From NCBI GenBank assembly GCA_963666835.2, contig CAXXGO010000006.1:1728001-1792000 (forward strand): a DNA stretch of 64,000 nt, given 5' to 3'. A program made the position numbers and the translations under genes. The stretch is from Phycisphaerae bacterium (GTDB taxonomy: Bacteria; Planctomycetota; Phycisphaerae; UBA1845). A model generated the notes under the pieces. That model saw nothing but the letters and a program-made list of their open reading frames with translations. It had not been told where the DNA came from and searched no databases. The stretch's first letter is position 1. Each line of letters starts with the position of its first letter. This document shows, one piece after another, positions 18,930-28,926 of this stretch.

Positions 18930-20189
18930 CTACTTGCCTACGTTCCTTCGGGCTGGATCATCCCGGCAAACCAACTTTCCCTTTTTCATAACGAGGCGCA
19001 CGCAGTTACGGCCCGGTTCGTACAGCCAGCGGGCGTGGTTGGGGACGTCCAGGATCAGCAGGTCCGCCTGCATTCCTGGGTGTATCGCCCCGACTCGGTG
19101 AGATCGGGCAAGGACGGCGGCGGCATTGGCGGTGGCGGCGATCAGAGCTTCGGTCGGAGTCATACGCATCTGAACGCAGCCGATCGACATGACCAGCGGC
19201 AACGACTCGACCATCGCCGAACCGGGGTTGTAATCGGTGGCCAGCGCCACCGGCAGATCCGCTTCGAGCAACCGGCGGGCCGGAGCCTGCTCTACTCCCA
19301 AGAAGAACGAGCATCCCGGCAAAAGCACGGCCACCGTCCCGGCGGACTTTAGCGCAGCAATCCCGGCCTCGTCCACCGTTTCAAGGTGATCGGCGGAGAC
19401 GGCTTCGACCTCTCCTGCCAACAGAGTGGCACCACACTGGGTGATCTGATCGGCGTGCAGCCGTGGAGCGAGCCCGAACTGCCGGGCGGTGTTCAAGACG
19501 CGCCGGGACCGCTCAATATCGAAAGCGGTTCTCTCGCAGAACACGTCACAGAACTCGGCCAGTTTCTCGTCGCGAATCCGCCCCAGAACTTTGTCGGCAA
19601 ACATGGTGTCCAGGTACTCGTCAGGCCGATCGGCATACTCGACCGGCGTAGTGTGGGCGGCCAGGTAAGTGGCGACTAACTCGACCGGCTGCAGCTTGTT
19701 CAACCGCTGGATTACTTCCAGCATCTTCAACTCGTCGGCCACCGTAAGTCCGTAGCCGCTCTTGATCTCCACAGTGGTCACTCCCCGGCGTAACATGCGC
19801 TCCAGGCGGGGCAGAGTCAGGGCGATCAACTCGTCGTGACTCGCTTGGCGAACCGCCTCGACAGTGACCCGAATCCCGCCGCCGCTCTCCGCGATCTCCG
19901 CGTAGGACTTGCCTTCGATCCGTTGGACGAACTCCCGCTCGCGGGTCCCGGCGAAGACCGTGTGAGTGTGGCAGTCGATCAGCCCGGGGACGACGCAGCC
20001 CCCGGCCGCATCGATCGACTCGGTCCCCGCGGGCGCGTCCAGCTCCGCCTGTGGTCCGAACCACGCGATCAGCTCGCCGTCTATCAACATGGCGGCGTTT
20101 CTAATAACCGTTACCTCGCCCATTGAACGACCGGTTACGGGGCCCGGCGGTACGACGATCAGCTCGGCTATGTTCCGTATGGCTAACAT
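18930..20189 (-). CDS. hutI: Imidazolonepropionase
   Basis: PGLIDCHTH, GVTTVEIKSGYGL, DVFCE, SADHL and ATDYNPGS motifs; GAGGAGG RBS. Confidence 0.96.
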   Translation of the reverse strand: MLAIRNIAELIVVPPGPVTGRSMGEVTVIRNAAMLIDGELIAWFGPQAELDAPAGTESIDAAGGCVVPGLIDCHTHTVFAGTREREFVQRIEGKSYAEIAESGGGIRVTVEAVRQASHDELIALTLPRLERMLRRGVTTVEIKSGYGLTVADELKMLEVIQRLNKLQPVELVATYLAAHTTPVEYADRPDEYLDTMFADKVLGRIRDEKLAEFCDVFCERTAFDIERSRRVLNTARQFGLAPRLHADQITQCGATLLAGEVEAVSADHLETVDEAGIAALKSAGTVAVLLPGCSFFLGVEQAPARRLLEADLPVALATDYNPGSAMVESLPLVMSIGCVQMRMTPTEALIAATANAAAVLARSHRVGAIHPGMQADLLILDVPNHARWLYEPGRNCVRLVMKKGKLVCRDDPARRNVGK

Positions 20190-20362
20190 GCTCTGGGGGA
20201 CCTCCTCAATCACGATTTCTTCGTGCCGGCAACGCCGGGGCATCATAGCACGAATCGGCGGGCTGGTCCGCTGTTTGGTTGGAGCCGGTTTCTGAGTTAT
20301 CGTTCCGGGCGAAGATGCCGCGATGGAGCGGACTCTGTAAGGATAGGGCCAGGAGAATCGAA

Positions 20363-21349
20363 GTGTCTCGGCGGTTCTTGTTTGTTTCGCTCCCTCTGGT
20401 TGTGCTGGGGGTCGGGTGCAATCCTTCGGAGCGGGTTCATCCTGTGGCCGCCCCGAACACGGTTCGGGAGATTCCTTCGTTCTCGATTCCATCACTTCCG
20501 GACGGAACCGCCTGCGAGCGGTTCATCGCCATGGGGGATATGGGCACCGGACGACGCGATCAGTACCTGGTGGCTGAGAAGATGGCGGAGTGGGCCGAAG
20601 CCAACGGCCTGGATTTCATGGTCTTCCTGGGGGATAACATCCTTCCGAACGGAACACGGTCGGCCGACGACCCCCAATGGAAGACCAAGTTCGAGGACGT
20701 CTACGCCGATCCGGCGCTAGCCGTGCCGGTCTACGCGGTGCTGGGCAATCACGAGTATCGCGGGAACGTGCCGGCTCAGATCGAGTATGGGAAACGCAAC
20801 GCGAAGTGGAAGATGCCCGCGCGGTACTACACGTTCACGCGGACCCTTGCCGACGCCACCCGGGTACAGTTCTTCGTCCTGGATACCACGCCGATCGACA
20901 AACTTGAGCCGGAAGTGGACGAGCAGGTCGCCTGGCTCGACCGGGAACTGTCCGCCTCAGCGGCTCGATGGAAGATCTGCCTGGGACACCATCCGCTTTA
21001 TCACCACAACCCTCGCCACGAGCCTAATCCGCGTACGATTGCCAAGCTGGAGCCGCTGTTCACGAAGCACAAAGTTGATCTCTACATGGCCGGCCATCAT
21101 CATGCTCTTGATATGCTCAAGCCGATCAAGGGGGTGTACTATGTGGTCAGCGGTGGCGGCGGCGGACCGGACTGCGCCCGGGAGATTGCCTGGACCGATG
21201 GTTCATACTATGCAACCACCGGTGGCGGATTCGCCGCTCTTCGTATCAGTCGCGACGAGCTGGTTATTGAGTTCGTGCGGATGAACGGGCGGACGGAATA
21301 CGCTCACACCCTGGCGGCGCGACAAGAAGTGCCGAATCCGTCGCGATGA
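20363..21349 (+). CDS. Metallophosphoesterase (purple acid phosphatase/ACP5-like), probable lipoprotein
   Basis: GDMG, LGDN, LGNHE, GHHP and AGHHH motifs; AGGAG RBS, GTG start and LGVGC lipobox. Confidence 0.9.
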   Translation: MSRRFLFVSLPLVVLGVGCNPSERVHPVAAPNTVREIPSFSIPSLPDGTACERFIAMGDMGTGRRDQYLVAEKMAEWAEANGLDFMVFLGDNILPNGTRSADDPQWKTKFEDVYADPALAVPVYAVLGNHEYRGNVPAQIEYGKRNAKWKMPARYYTFTRTLADATRVQFFVLDTTPIDKLEPEVDEQVAWLDRELSASAARWKICLGHHPLYHHNPRHEPNPRTIAKLEPLFTKHKVDLYMAGHHHALDMLKPIKGVYYVVSGGGGGPDCAREIAWTDGSYYATTGGGFAALRISRDELVIEFVRMNGRTEYAHTLAARQEVPNPSR

Positions 21350-21567
21350 CGGCCCCTGTCCGGCAGTAAACGCCTCGAAGCAATCTTGCGCCGCTCCGAA
21401 GTTGGAGGCGGTGCCGTTCGATGAAGATCTGATACGCTACATCGGGGCAGGTCCTGGCAGACCGGCCTCGCGCATCGAGTCGGCTTACTCACCGGCGGTC
21501 ACACCACGTGCCGCGTTTGTTCCGGATGGCTGCCGGGGCCCCACGCCCGGCGCCGTATCGGCCTGGC

Positions 21568-22251
21568 TCAGGCGAACTCTACCGTGGAGGGTTCGCTCTC
21601 GTGCTCGATGTACCGATCGGTGAAAGAAGCGGCTTGGCCGTTCATCTCCTCGGCTACGTGGGCGAACCGCACGAGATCCGGAAGCGAGTTGGCCTGCATC
21701 TTCCTCATGGTGTTGGCCCGGTGAGCCTCGACCGTTTTCTGGCTGACGTGCAGCTCGGCCGCAATGGCTTTGTTGGGCAAGCCGTTCACGACCAGGTTCA
21801 TGACCTCTCGTTCGCGGCGGGTCAGCTTTCCGACGCGCGCCGAGATCACCGAACGGCAGGTATGCTCCGCCCGGTTGTGCCGATCCAGTTCCACGGCCTC
21901 GCGAATGCGTCTCAAGAGGACGTCGTTATCGAATGGTTTCTCGATGAAGTCGAGCGCCCCGCATTTCATGGCCCGGACCGCCGCGCGCACGTCACCGTAT
22001 CCTGTGATCACAATCACGGGAATCGAGGGCTTGCGGTTCACGACGTGTTCGAGCAGCTCGAACCCGCTCATTCCGGGGAGCCGCACATCGACAATCAGGC
22101 AGCCCGGCCTCGAGGGGTCTTGTCCCTCAAGGAAGTCTCGTGCGGTGGCGTAGGCTTCTACGGGATAACCCGCTGGCTCTATGAGCCAGCGCATTGCGTT
22201 ACGCACGTTCTCGTCATCATCGACGACGAAGACTGTTGATTCGGAGATCAT
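21568..22251 (-). CDS. FixJ/LuxR-family response regulator
   Basis: FVVDDD, IVDVRLPGMSG, DFIEKPF and LuxR HTH LTRREREV...KTVEAHRAN. Confidence 0.95.
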   Translation of the reverse strand: MISESTVFVVDDDENVRNAMRWLIEPAGYPVEAYATARDFLEGQDPSRPGCLIVDVRLPGMSGFELLEHVVNRKPSIPVIVITGYGDVRAAVRAMKCGALDFIEKPFDNDVLLRRIREAVELDRHNRAEHTCRSVISARVGKLTRREREVMNLVVNGLPNKAIAAELHVSQKTVEAHRANTMRKMQANSLPDLVRFAHVAEEMNGQAASFTDRYIEHESEPSTVEFA

Positions 22252-22936
22252 CAAGCACATCCTCCGTACCGAAATTGGCGAAGTGACAGATCACAACAGC
22301 CAATATGATCGACTCGTACATACCCTTAACACAATAGGGTATTTACCTCAATTAGCAAGTCGCCGCTCTCAAACCGCCGTAAGGCTGGACTAGGGGCCGC
22401 GACGTTGCGGGAAGCGGTTCGCTCTTCTGACGTTGCTGCGTTGGTTTCGCGAAAGTGCCTTTCTTGCGACACTAGACACTTTCACGCAAGACGAACCACG
22501 AAACCGGTCTCTTTGCGTGCAAGAGTGAGCGGTCCGGGGCATGCTCTTCCATCCTGACGCGACGGACTTCGGTTATCGAGGGACTTTCGGGCTCCCCGCC
22601 CGGTTGCCGAATGTGGTTGAGGCCCGTCCCAATGGGGAAAGGCTGCGAACGTCACTGGGGATTGACCGCCTGTTGAAGGGCGGTCCCGGTCGGGCGGCCG
22701 GGCAGCTCGCTTGTGCGGTAGCTGTAATTATGCGAGCTAAGGAGACACTCCGATCCCCCTGCAGCGAGCGTAACGCCGGACCTGTGAGGCGGTTTATCGT
22801 GACCCATCCGTTGCTCCACGCAGCTCCGCCGTTCGTCGATGATTATAGACAGGGGTCCATGAAAACAGCTTAGAAGCCGTATTGGTGGGGTCCCTGGTGG
22901 GCCAAGAACCCTCTTTTGCGTCCGAGCGAGCCTGTA

Positions 22937-24316
22937 ATGAACGTTCCTGAAAACCATGATGAGTTGGATTTCTCGGTGGAGCAACTTGGTCCACGAAAAG
23001 TCAAGTCACCGTACAGGCTGTGCCGGTACGTATCGGACGACGAGCGAACGCTCCACGACACGTCGGTGGAGTCGTGGCGCGATCCGGACCGAGCCTCTCG
23101 TCGAGAGTCATCTTTGGGCTTCGAGTTGGCCGGCCCGCGGGAGCACATCTACTTCGATGCGACCAAAACTCGCTGTGCGGTGGTGACCTGCGGGGGATTA
23201 TGCCCTGGTCTCAACGACGTGATCCGGGCGGTTGTTCTCCAGCTTTATCACCAATACGGCGTCAAGATCATCTACGGCTTCCGTTTCGGTTTCGAAGGGC
23301 TCATCCCTCGATACGGACACGAGCCGCTCATGCTCGGGCCTTCCACGGTGACCGACATTCACCGGCACGGCGGCTCGATCCTGGCATCGTCGCGCGGGCC
23401 GCAATCGCCGGAGGAGATCGTCGACGCCCTGGAGCGCCTGAACATCCAGGTGCTCTTTTGCATCGGGGGAGACGGGACGTTTCGAGGCTCCTTGGCAATA
23501 CACGATGAGGTCCGCCGACGCAATCTCAAGATCGGGATCGTGGGAGTCCCTAAGACTATCGACAACGACATCCCGTTTACCTCCCGGACTTTCGGGTTCG
23601 ACACGGCATGCGCCATCGCGGCCAATGCCATCATCGGGGCACACGCCGAAGCGACGGGGGCGTTCAACGGAATCGGCCTGCTTAAGCTCATGGGCCGGCA
23701 CGCCGGGTTCATTGCCGCTCACTCCGTATTGGCGAGCCGCGACGCCAACTTCGTGCTGGTCCCCGAGGTGGATTTCGAACTGGGCGGAGACAGTGGGTTG
23801 CTGACCCACCTTCTGCGCCGGGTGCAGACGCGTCAACATGCGGTAGTGGTAGTCGCCGAGGGGGCGGGGCAACACCTCTTCGAAGGGGATTCCGGGGCGA
23901 CGGATCCATCCGGAAACGTGCGACTTAAGGACATCGGAGTGTTGTTGCGGGATCGAATCACGCAATATATGAAAATGGTCGACACTCCCTGCACGCTCAA
24001 GTACATTGACCCGAGTTATCTGATCCGGTCGGCCCCGGCGACGGCGAGCGATGCCCTGTTTGCCGGAACGCTGGGGCAGATGGCGGCCCATGCGGCCATG
24101 GCGGGAAAGACGGGTATGTTCGTCGGGTTTTGGAACAACCACTTCACGCACGTCCCGATGGCCGCGGCGGTGGCGCGCACCAAGAGGCTCGACCCGCAGG
24201 GCAACTTCTGGCACAGCGTCGTTGAGTGTACCGGGCAGCCGCACAACATGACCAATCAGGTGGAGTGTTCGGAGAGTATGGAAGAGGATTTACTGGCGGA
24301 GTCGTTGTTGGCCTGA
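22937..24316 (+). CDS. pfkA: ATP-dependent 6-phosphofructokinase
   Basis: TCGGLCPGLN, IGGDGT (Gly indicates ATP type), PKTIDND, LMGR and KYIDPSY motifs. Confidence 0.93.
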   Translation: MNVPENHDELDFSVEQLGPRKVKSPYRLCRYVSDDERTLHDTSVESWRDPDRASRRESSLGFELAGPREHIYFDATKTRCAVVTCGGLCPGLNDVIRAVVLQLYHQYGVKIIYGFRFGFEGLIPRYGHEPLMLGPSTVTDIHRHGGSILASSRGPQSPEEIVDALERLNIQVLFCIGGDGTFRGSLAIHDEVRRRNLKIGIVGVPKTIDNDIPFTSRTFGFDTACAIAANAIIGAHAEATGAFNGIGLLKLMGRHAGFIAAHSVLASRDANFVLVPEVDFELGGDSGLLTHLLRRVQTRQHAVVVVAEGAGQHLFEGDSGATDPSGNVRLKDIGVLLRDRITQYMKMVDTPCTLKYIDPSYLIRSAPATASDALFAGTLGQMAAHAAMAGKTGMFVGFWNNHFTHVPMAAAVARTKRLDPQGNFWHSVVECTGQPHNMTNQVECSESMEEDLLAESLLA

Positions 24317-24456
24317 CGAGGTCGCCATTTCGTTGATTGCAGGTGCCTCCATCGTGGAACACTGTCCGGCGGAGGCGGGTTCTCTTTAGATAAACGGACA
24401 AGTGCCGGGTAGTACGGCGACGTACGCCGGACAAACCGCAACGGGAGTATTCTGTC

Positions 24457-26103
24457 ATGGAAATGTCTGAACTGGTTTGCGATTACGGGCTGGAGCATCT
24501 CGGCCTGACGAATCTGGGGGCGATTTACTGGAATAGATCGACGCCAGCTCTCTACGAGAACGCGATCCGGCAGTCCGAAGCGCAGATAGCGCATCTCGGG
24601 CCGCTGGTCGTGCGTATGGGGCAGCACACCGGACGTGCGGCCAAGGACAAATACATCGTTGACGAGCCGAGCTCGACGAACGACGTCTGGTGGGGCAAGA
24701 TCAACGTGAAGTACTCCGCGGAACGGTTCGATGTTCTGCACCGGCGAATGTGCTCTTACCTGCGCGGCAAGAAGGTGTTCGTGCAAGACTGCTATGCGGG
24801 CGCCGACGAGCAGTTCCGCCTCCCCGTTCGGATTGTCAACGAGTTCGCCTGGCATAACCTCTTTGCTCGGAATATGTTCATCTCCCAGCCGCGGGAGCGG
24901 GCGTCGTTTCGCAACTTCCGACCGGAGTTCTCCGTCCTGCAGTGCCCGAGCTTCCATGCCGATCCTGATGAGGACGACACCCGGAGCGGGACGTTTGTTG
25001 CCGTCAGTATTGCGAAGAAGCTGATTCTCATCGGCGGAACGGCGTACGGCGGCGAAATCAAGAAGTCTGTCTTCTCCGTATTGAATTACCTCCTGCCCCA
25101 ACGCGGGATTCTGTCAATGCACTGCTCCGCCAACGTCGGCCGGAAGGACCCGGACGACGTGGCCGTCTTCTTCGGTCTCTCCGGAACCGGGAAGACCACG
25201 CTTTCCGCTGATCCCAATCGTCTTTTGATCGGTGACGACGAACACGGCTGGTCTGATGAGGGTATCTTCAACTTCGAAGGCGGTTGCTACGCCAAGGTCA
25301 TCAACTTGTCACGAGAGTCGGAGCCGGAGATCTTTGATTGTACGCGCCGCTTCGGGACGATTCTGGAGAACGTCGCGATGGACCCGGCGCAGCGCATGGT
25401 CGATCTGAACGACGCCTCCATTACCGAGAACACGCGGGCCTCATATCCGCTTTCACACATTCCCAACATAGTGCGTTCCGGCAAGGCCGGGCACCCGCGC
25501 AATGTAGTCATGTTGACAGCCGACGCGTTTGGGGTCCTGCCGCCGATCGCCAAGCTTACGCCCGAACAGGCGATGTACCATTTCATCAGCGGTTACACTG
25601 CGAAGGTCGCGGGAACCGAAGCGGGTATCACTGAGCCTACGGCGACGTTCAGTGCGTGCTTTGGGGCGCCGTTTATGATCCGGCATCCCTCGGCCTACGC
25701 CGAGCTGCTGGCGGCTAAGCTCGTTAAACACAAGGCCGATTGCTGGTTGGTCAACACCGGGTGGACCGGCGGGCCGTACGGAGTTGGATCCCGGATGAGC
25801 ATCGAGGTGACCCGGGCTCTGCTCAACGCCGCTTTGGACGGGGCCTTGAGCAACGTGAAGATGGAAGTCGATCCGTTCTTCGGCTTCTCCGTTCCGCAAG
25901 AGGCGCCGGGGGTGCCGTCGGGTGTGCTGAATCCCCGTAATACTTGGGCCGATCCGCACGCCTATGACGAGCAGGCGAAGAAGCTGGCCGGGATGTTCCG
26001 GAAGAACTTCGAGCAATACAAGAACGATACTTCGGCCGAAGTCGCGGCCGCGGGCCCGTCGGTAGAGGGCAAAGCGGCCCAGCCGGCAGCCGCGGCGTAC
26101 TGA
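24457..26103 (+). CDS. pckA: Phosphoenolpyruvate carboxykinase (ATP)
   Basis: YGGEIKKS, MHCSAN, FGLSGTGKTTLS, IGDDEHGW and FNFEGGCYAK motifs. Confidence 0.98.
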   Translation: MEMSELVCDYGLEHLGLTNLGAIYWNRSTPALYENAIRQSEAQIAHLGPLVVRMGQHTGRAAKDKYIVDEPSSTNDVWWGKINVKYSAERFDVLHRRMCSYLRGKKVFVQDCYAGADEQFRLPVRIVNEFAWHNLFARNMFISQPRERASFRNFRPEFSVLQCPSFHADPDEDDTRSGTFVAVSIAKKLILIGGTAYGGEIKKSVFSVLNYLLPQRGILSMHCSANVGRKDPDDVAVFFGLSGTGKTTLSADPNRLLIGDDEHGWSDEGIFNFEGGCYAKVINLSRESEPEIFDCTRRFGTILENVAMDPAQRMVDLNDASITENTRASYPLSHIPNIVRSGKAGHPRNVVMLTADAFGVLPPIAKLTPEQAMYHFISGYTAKVAGTEAGITEPTATFSACFGAPFMIRHPSAYAELLAAKLVKHKADCWLVNTGWTGGPYGVGSRMSIEVTRALLNAALDGALSNVKMEVDPFFGFSVPQEAPGVPSGVLNPRNTWADPHAYDEQAKKLAGMFRKNFEQYKNDTSAEVAAAGPSVEGKAAQPAAAAY

Positions 26104-26265
26104 GGGAGTTTTGCTTCGGGGTAGGCGGCTTGGCCGGCAGAACCGCATAGAAAAAGACCGCCCGGGAGTGATGTTCACAACACCGCTACCGGGCGGTTCC
26201 ACGTTTGCAGACAGCCCGCGAGCCGGTCGAGGTCCCCGGAAGATGACACTCTGGTGACATCTCCT

Positions 26266-26836
26266 GTAGGGCACGATCGAGGCACGAGACCTGCCAGAAG
26301 AAGGCGAGCGTCGCGCGAAGACCTCGTAGGGCATGGTCGAGGTACGAGACCTGCCATCAAGGCCGCAATGGTCCGAGCCGCACGAAGAGGTGCCACCCAC
26401 GTGTCTCGCGGAACCAACCCGTCAGGGCGGCAGCTCTGCCCAGCCCGCGGCGTCAGCCGCGGGTTCGCGTCGTACGTCAACCCCAGCCCCGCCAGGGGCG
26501 GCACTTTGATACTCGAAGGGGGGCCCGACCTTCGCCAACGTGCTTCCGTTATGATGGTGAATCACGGGTGTCCGATCCAAACGTCGATGTTCTCTGCCGC
26601 CCGCAAGGGGCTTGGTGCGAAGCGGCCGCACGGTTTCCCCAGGCTTACGCCGTGGGGCTACAGGACCTGTCGCCCCAAGGGGCTTGGCTTGCGACACGAT
26701 CGAGGCACGAGACCTGCCAGAAGAAGGCGGGCGTCGCGCGAAGACCTCGTAGGGCACGGTCGAGGTACGAGACCTGCCACAATGGCGCCCGTCACGCGAG
26801 GACCACGGCAGGTCTCGTGCCTCGACCGTGCCCTAC
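26266..26836. repeat. Cluster of GTAG-GGCA REPs and a ~365-bp composite repeat
   Basis: REP copies at 26266, 26326, 26749 (+) and 26807 (-). Segment 26326-26690 is similar along its length to 31346-31710. Confidence 0.9.
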
Positions 26837-26865
26837 AAAAGGGGACAATCACATGTCAGGACGCG

Positions 26866-28233
26866 CTATTGACACTTGCAGCAGGATGGTCCGGACGGTT
26901 GCAGATCATCATAGGGACGGCGGAGCTTCTTCACTGCCGACTCGTAGCGGGCCCGGAAGGCGTGGGGGGTCAGCCCGGCCTCGGCGGCCAGGCCGGCCAA
27001 CATCGCCGGTGACTCGAAATCACGATCTTCGAGCCGGATCATATACGCTCGGGCGACGCTGTAGGAGTAACTATTGATGTCCACGAGGCGGATCCGAGCG
27101 CGATTCGTCTCCGGGGCGATCATGTCGTCGAAAGGTACCGGGACGAGGTTGTTGTCCTTGAGCGATACCATCACGCCCGCAGGAAGATCCCGCGTCGACT
27201 CCAACAGAAGCCGCACCCCGCCGTGTCCCAAATCCCGCGTGTACGCCATGTCGAAAGTTGTCGGCGGGGCGCAACGCATTTCGTACCCGAGAGTGTAGCT
27301 GACGATGGTCTCCCTCTTGCCTCGCTCACTGAATCGCTGCTGGAGTTCGTCCTTCAGAATCCGCGCCAGGGGCACCTCCGAGAGCCGCGGGTGACCGGCC
27401 GCATCCACCGGGACGTCGCGACCGAGCAACCGGGAGAGTTCCTCCTGGTCTCCGAGCTTGTACGCCAGCCCTTCTGCGAAGACGACGACTCCGTCATCGC
27501 GGCCCATCGCCCGCCGCTTGAGCATGGCCGCCTCGATAACGTCGACGATCTCCTTGATCGTAGTGGAACCGGGAAACTCCTCGGGAATCAGGGTGAGTGT
27601 CGCCCCCGCTGATTTGCCAATCCCCAGCGCAAGATGACCCGTGTTTCGTCCCATCGTCTCGACGATGTACCACCGCTTGGTAGTACGCGAGTCCTCCATC
27701 AGATTGGCCAAGATGTTCGAGCCGATATGTCGGGCGGTTGTGAACCCGAAGGTCGGCAATTCGCCCGGCAGCGGGAGGTCGTTGTCGATGGTCTTGGGCA
27801 CCAGCACGACGCGGATCTTGCCCTGGAATTGCTCCGCAATGAAACGCGAACTTAGCGCTGTGTCATCTCCTCCGATCGCCAGAAGGTGCGTGACTCCAAG
27901 GGCCTGGAGCCGCTGACAGACTCGGGCGACCTTTTGAGCGTCCGGCTCGACGACCGTCGAGGTGCGGAGCTTCTCCTTGTTGAGCAGGCTGGTCCGCGCA
28001 GTGCGCAGGATGGAGCCACCAGTGAAGTGGATCCTCCCCACGTCCCTGATGGTCAGTTCATGGACGTGATGCTCGGGGTCGAAGTCCTCGTCCGCCAAGT
28101 ACCGGAAACCTTCGTACATTCCCAGGACCCGAAGGCCGTTGTTGATGGCTTCGATCGTCGCTGCGCCTATAACCCCGTTAATCCCCGGGGCCGGTCCGCC
28201 ACCAACGATAATCCCCATCGTTGCGTGCATCAT
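26866..28233 (-). CDS. pfp: Pyrophosphate-dependent phosphofructokinase
   Basis: GGGPAPGIN, IGGDDT (Asp indicates PPi type), PKTIDNDL, TMGR and GYEMRC motifs. Confidence 0.9.
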   Translation of the reverse strand: MMHATMGIIVGGGPAPGINGVIGAATIEAINNGLRVLGMYEGFRYLADEDFDPEHHVHELTIRDVGRIHFTGGSILRTARTSLLNKEKLRTSTVVEPDAQKVARVCQRLQALGVTHLLAIGGDDTALSSRFIAEQFQGKIRVVLVPKTIDNDLPLPGELPTFGFTTARHIGSNILANLMEDSRTTKRWYIVETMGRNTGHLALGIGKSAGATLTLIPEEFPGSTTIKEIVDVIEAAMLKRRAMGRDDGVVVFAEGLAYKLGDQEELSRLLGRDVPVDAAGHPRLSEVPLARILKDELQQRFSERGKRETIVSYTLGYEMRCAPPTTFDMAYTRDLGHGGVRLLLESTRDLPAGVMVSLKDNNLVPVPFDDMIAPETNRARIRLVDINSYSYSVARAYMIRLEDRDFESPAMLAGLAAEAGLTPHAFRARYESAVKKLRRPYDDLQPSGPSCCKCQ

Positions 28234-28446
28234 GCTCAGTAGTCCTCCCGAAGACCCGCCTACACGTATCCACTATCGGCATCTGCTCGCGACAGCGAAA
28301 CCTCAGATTCGATCAGGGAATTCTGAGTTTGTTGGTGCCGCCGCAACGTAACCGGCCTTTTGCCTCGTATCCTCCGAGAGTTTATCGGCCCTTTGCGCGG
28401 GAAACGGGAATGCGTCTCGAGATGGAGCCCGCGATGGTCTCGGATC

Positions 28447-28480
28447 AAAAAGCGTGCCCGGACCGCCGTTGGTCCGGACG
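28447..28480 (-). terminator. Putative intrinsic terminator
   Basis: Stem CCGGACC 28458-28464 / GGTCCGG 28471-28477, followed on the minus strand by U5 (A5 at 28447-28451). Confidence 0.55.
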
Positions 28481-28885
28481 GGGTGGGCTCCGCCTCTGCG
28501 AGGAAGGGTCTCGAAGTCTACCGCGCCGTCCGGCCGCCGGACCCCCTCACCACGTGCGTTGCCTTTGTGGTGAGGAGCCGGCCTTAGACGCGGTGAGAAT
28601 CCGAGTTGAGCGACATCGCCCACCCCGAACCGGTCAATCCCAACGCGACACGAGGCGTTGCCAGGATGGGCTCCCCGGGATACCCGATCCCGGCAACGTC
28701 GCACGCTCGCCAGCATCCCTGTCTTGTCCACCAGGGCGGCCTAATTCGTCGACCTGGTGTACACGGAACGCGTCAGTCGCCTCTCGGGTGACCCCAACCG
28801 CCACCCCGGAGTCAGCGGCGGTCATCCTGGTTTGCCGCAGCTCGGACTCCGTAAGGGGAGGCCTCCATCGATTGACAACACGGCG
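28447..28885 (-). ncRNA. Candidate large structured ncRNA or leader, family unassigned
   Basis: About ten mutually compatible perfect helices plus a 7-bp pseudoknot, no credible ORF, an upstream sigma70-like promoter and a downstream hairpin with U-tract. Confidence 0.65.
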
Positions 28886-28886
28886 G

Positions 28887-28914
28887 ATTGTACAGTGGAG
28901 AGATGAAAGATCAA
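28887..28914 (-). promoter_or_regulatory. Putative sigma70 promoter
   Basis: Minus strand TTGATC (28914-28909), 16-nt spacer, TACAAT (28892-28887), in a locally AT-rich patch. Confidence 0.5.
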
Positions 28915-28926
28915 AGTCAACTTAAT

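Noticed and set aside
26151..26197. Terminator after pckA
   Set aside because: A 9-bp stem is present, but the loop is 23 nt and the A-tract fits only the minus strand, so it is too uncertain to call.
26254..27012. ORFs within repeat clusters (also 18402-18845, 31097-31573, 45477-46055)
   Set aside because: They are translations of REP DNA (recurring VGHGRGTRPA / QVSCLD peptides), with no RBS or domain.
28615..28706. Group II intron fragment (GTGCGACG and GAGCC...CGGTTC on the minus strand)
   Set aside because: The spacing is far too short, the domain V geometry is wrong, and there is no RT ORF.
28447..28885. RNase P RNA, tmRNA, SRP RNA or cobalamin riboswitch
   Set aside because: No GAGGAAAGTCC or ACAGAA.CCGGCTTA, no tRNA-like ends or T-arm, and no SRP GGAAG loop. 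The CGGTGAGAATCCG motif lacks the surrounding B12-box.
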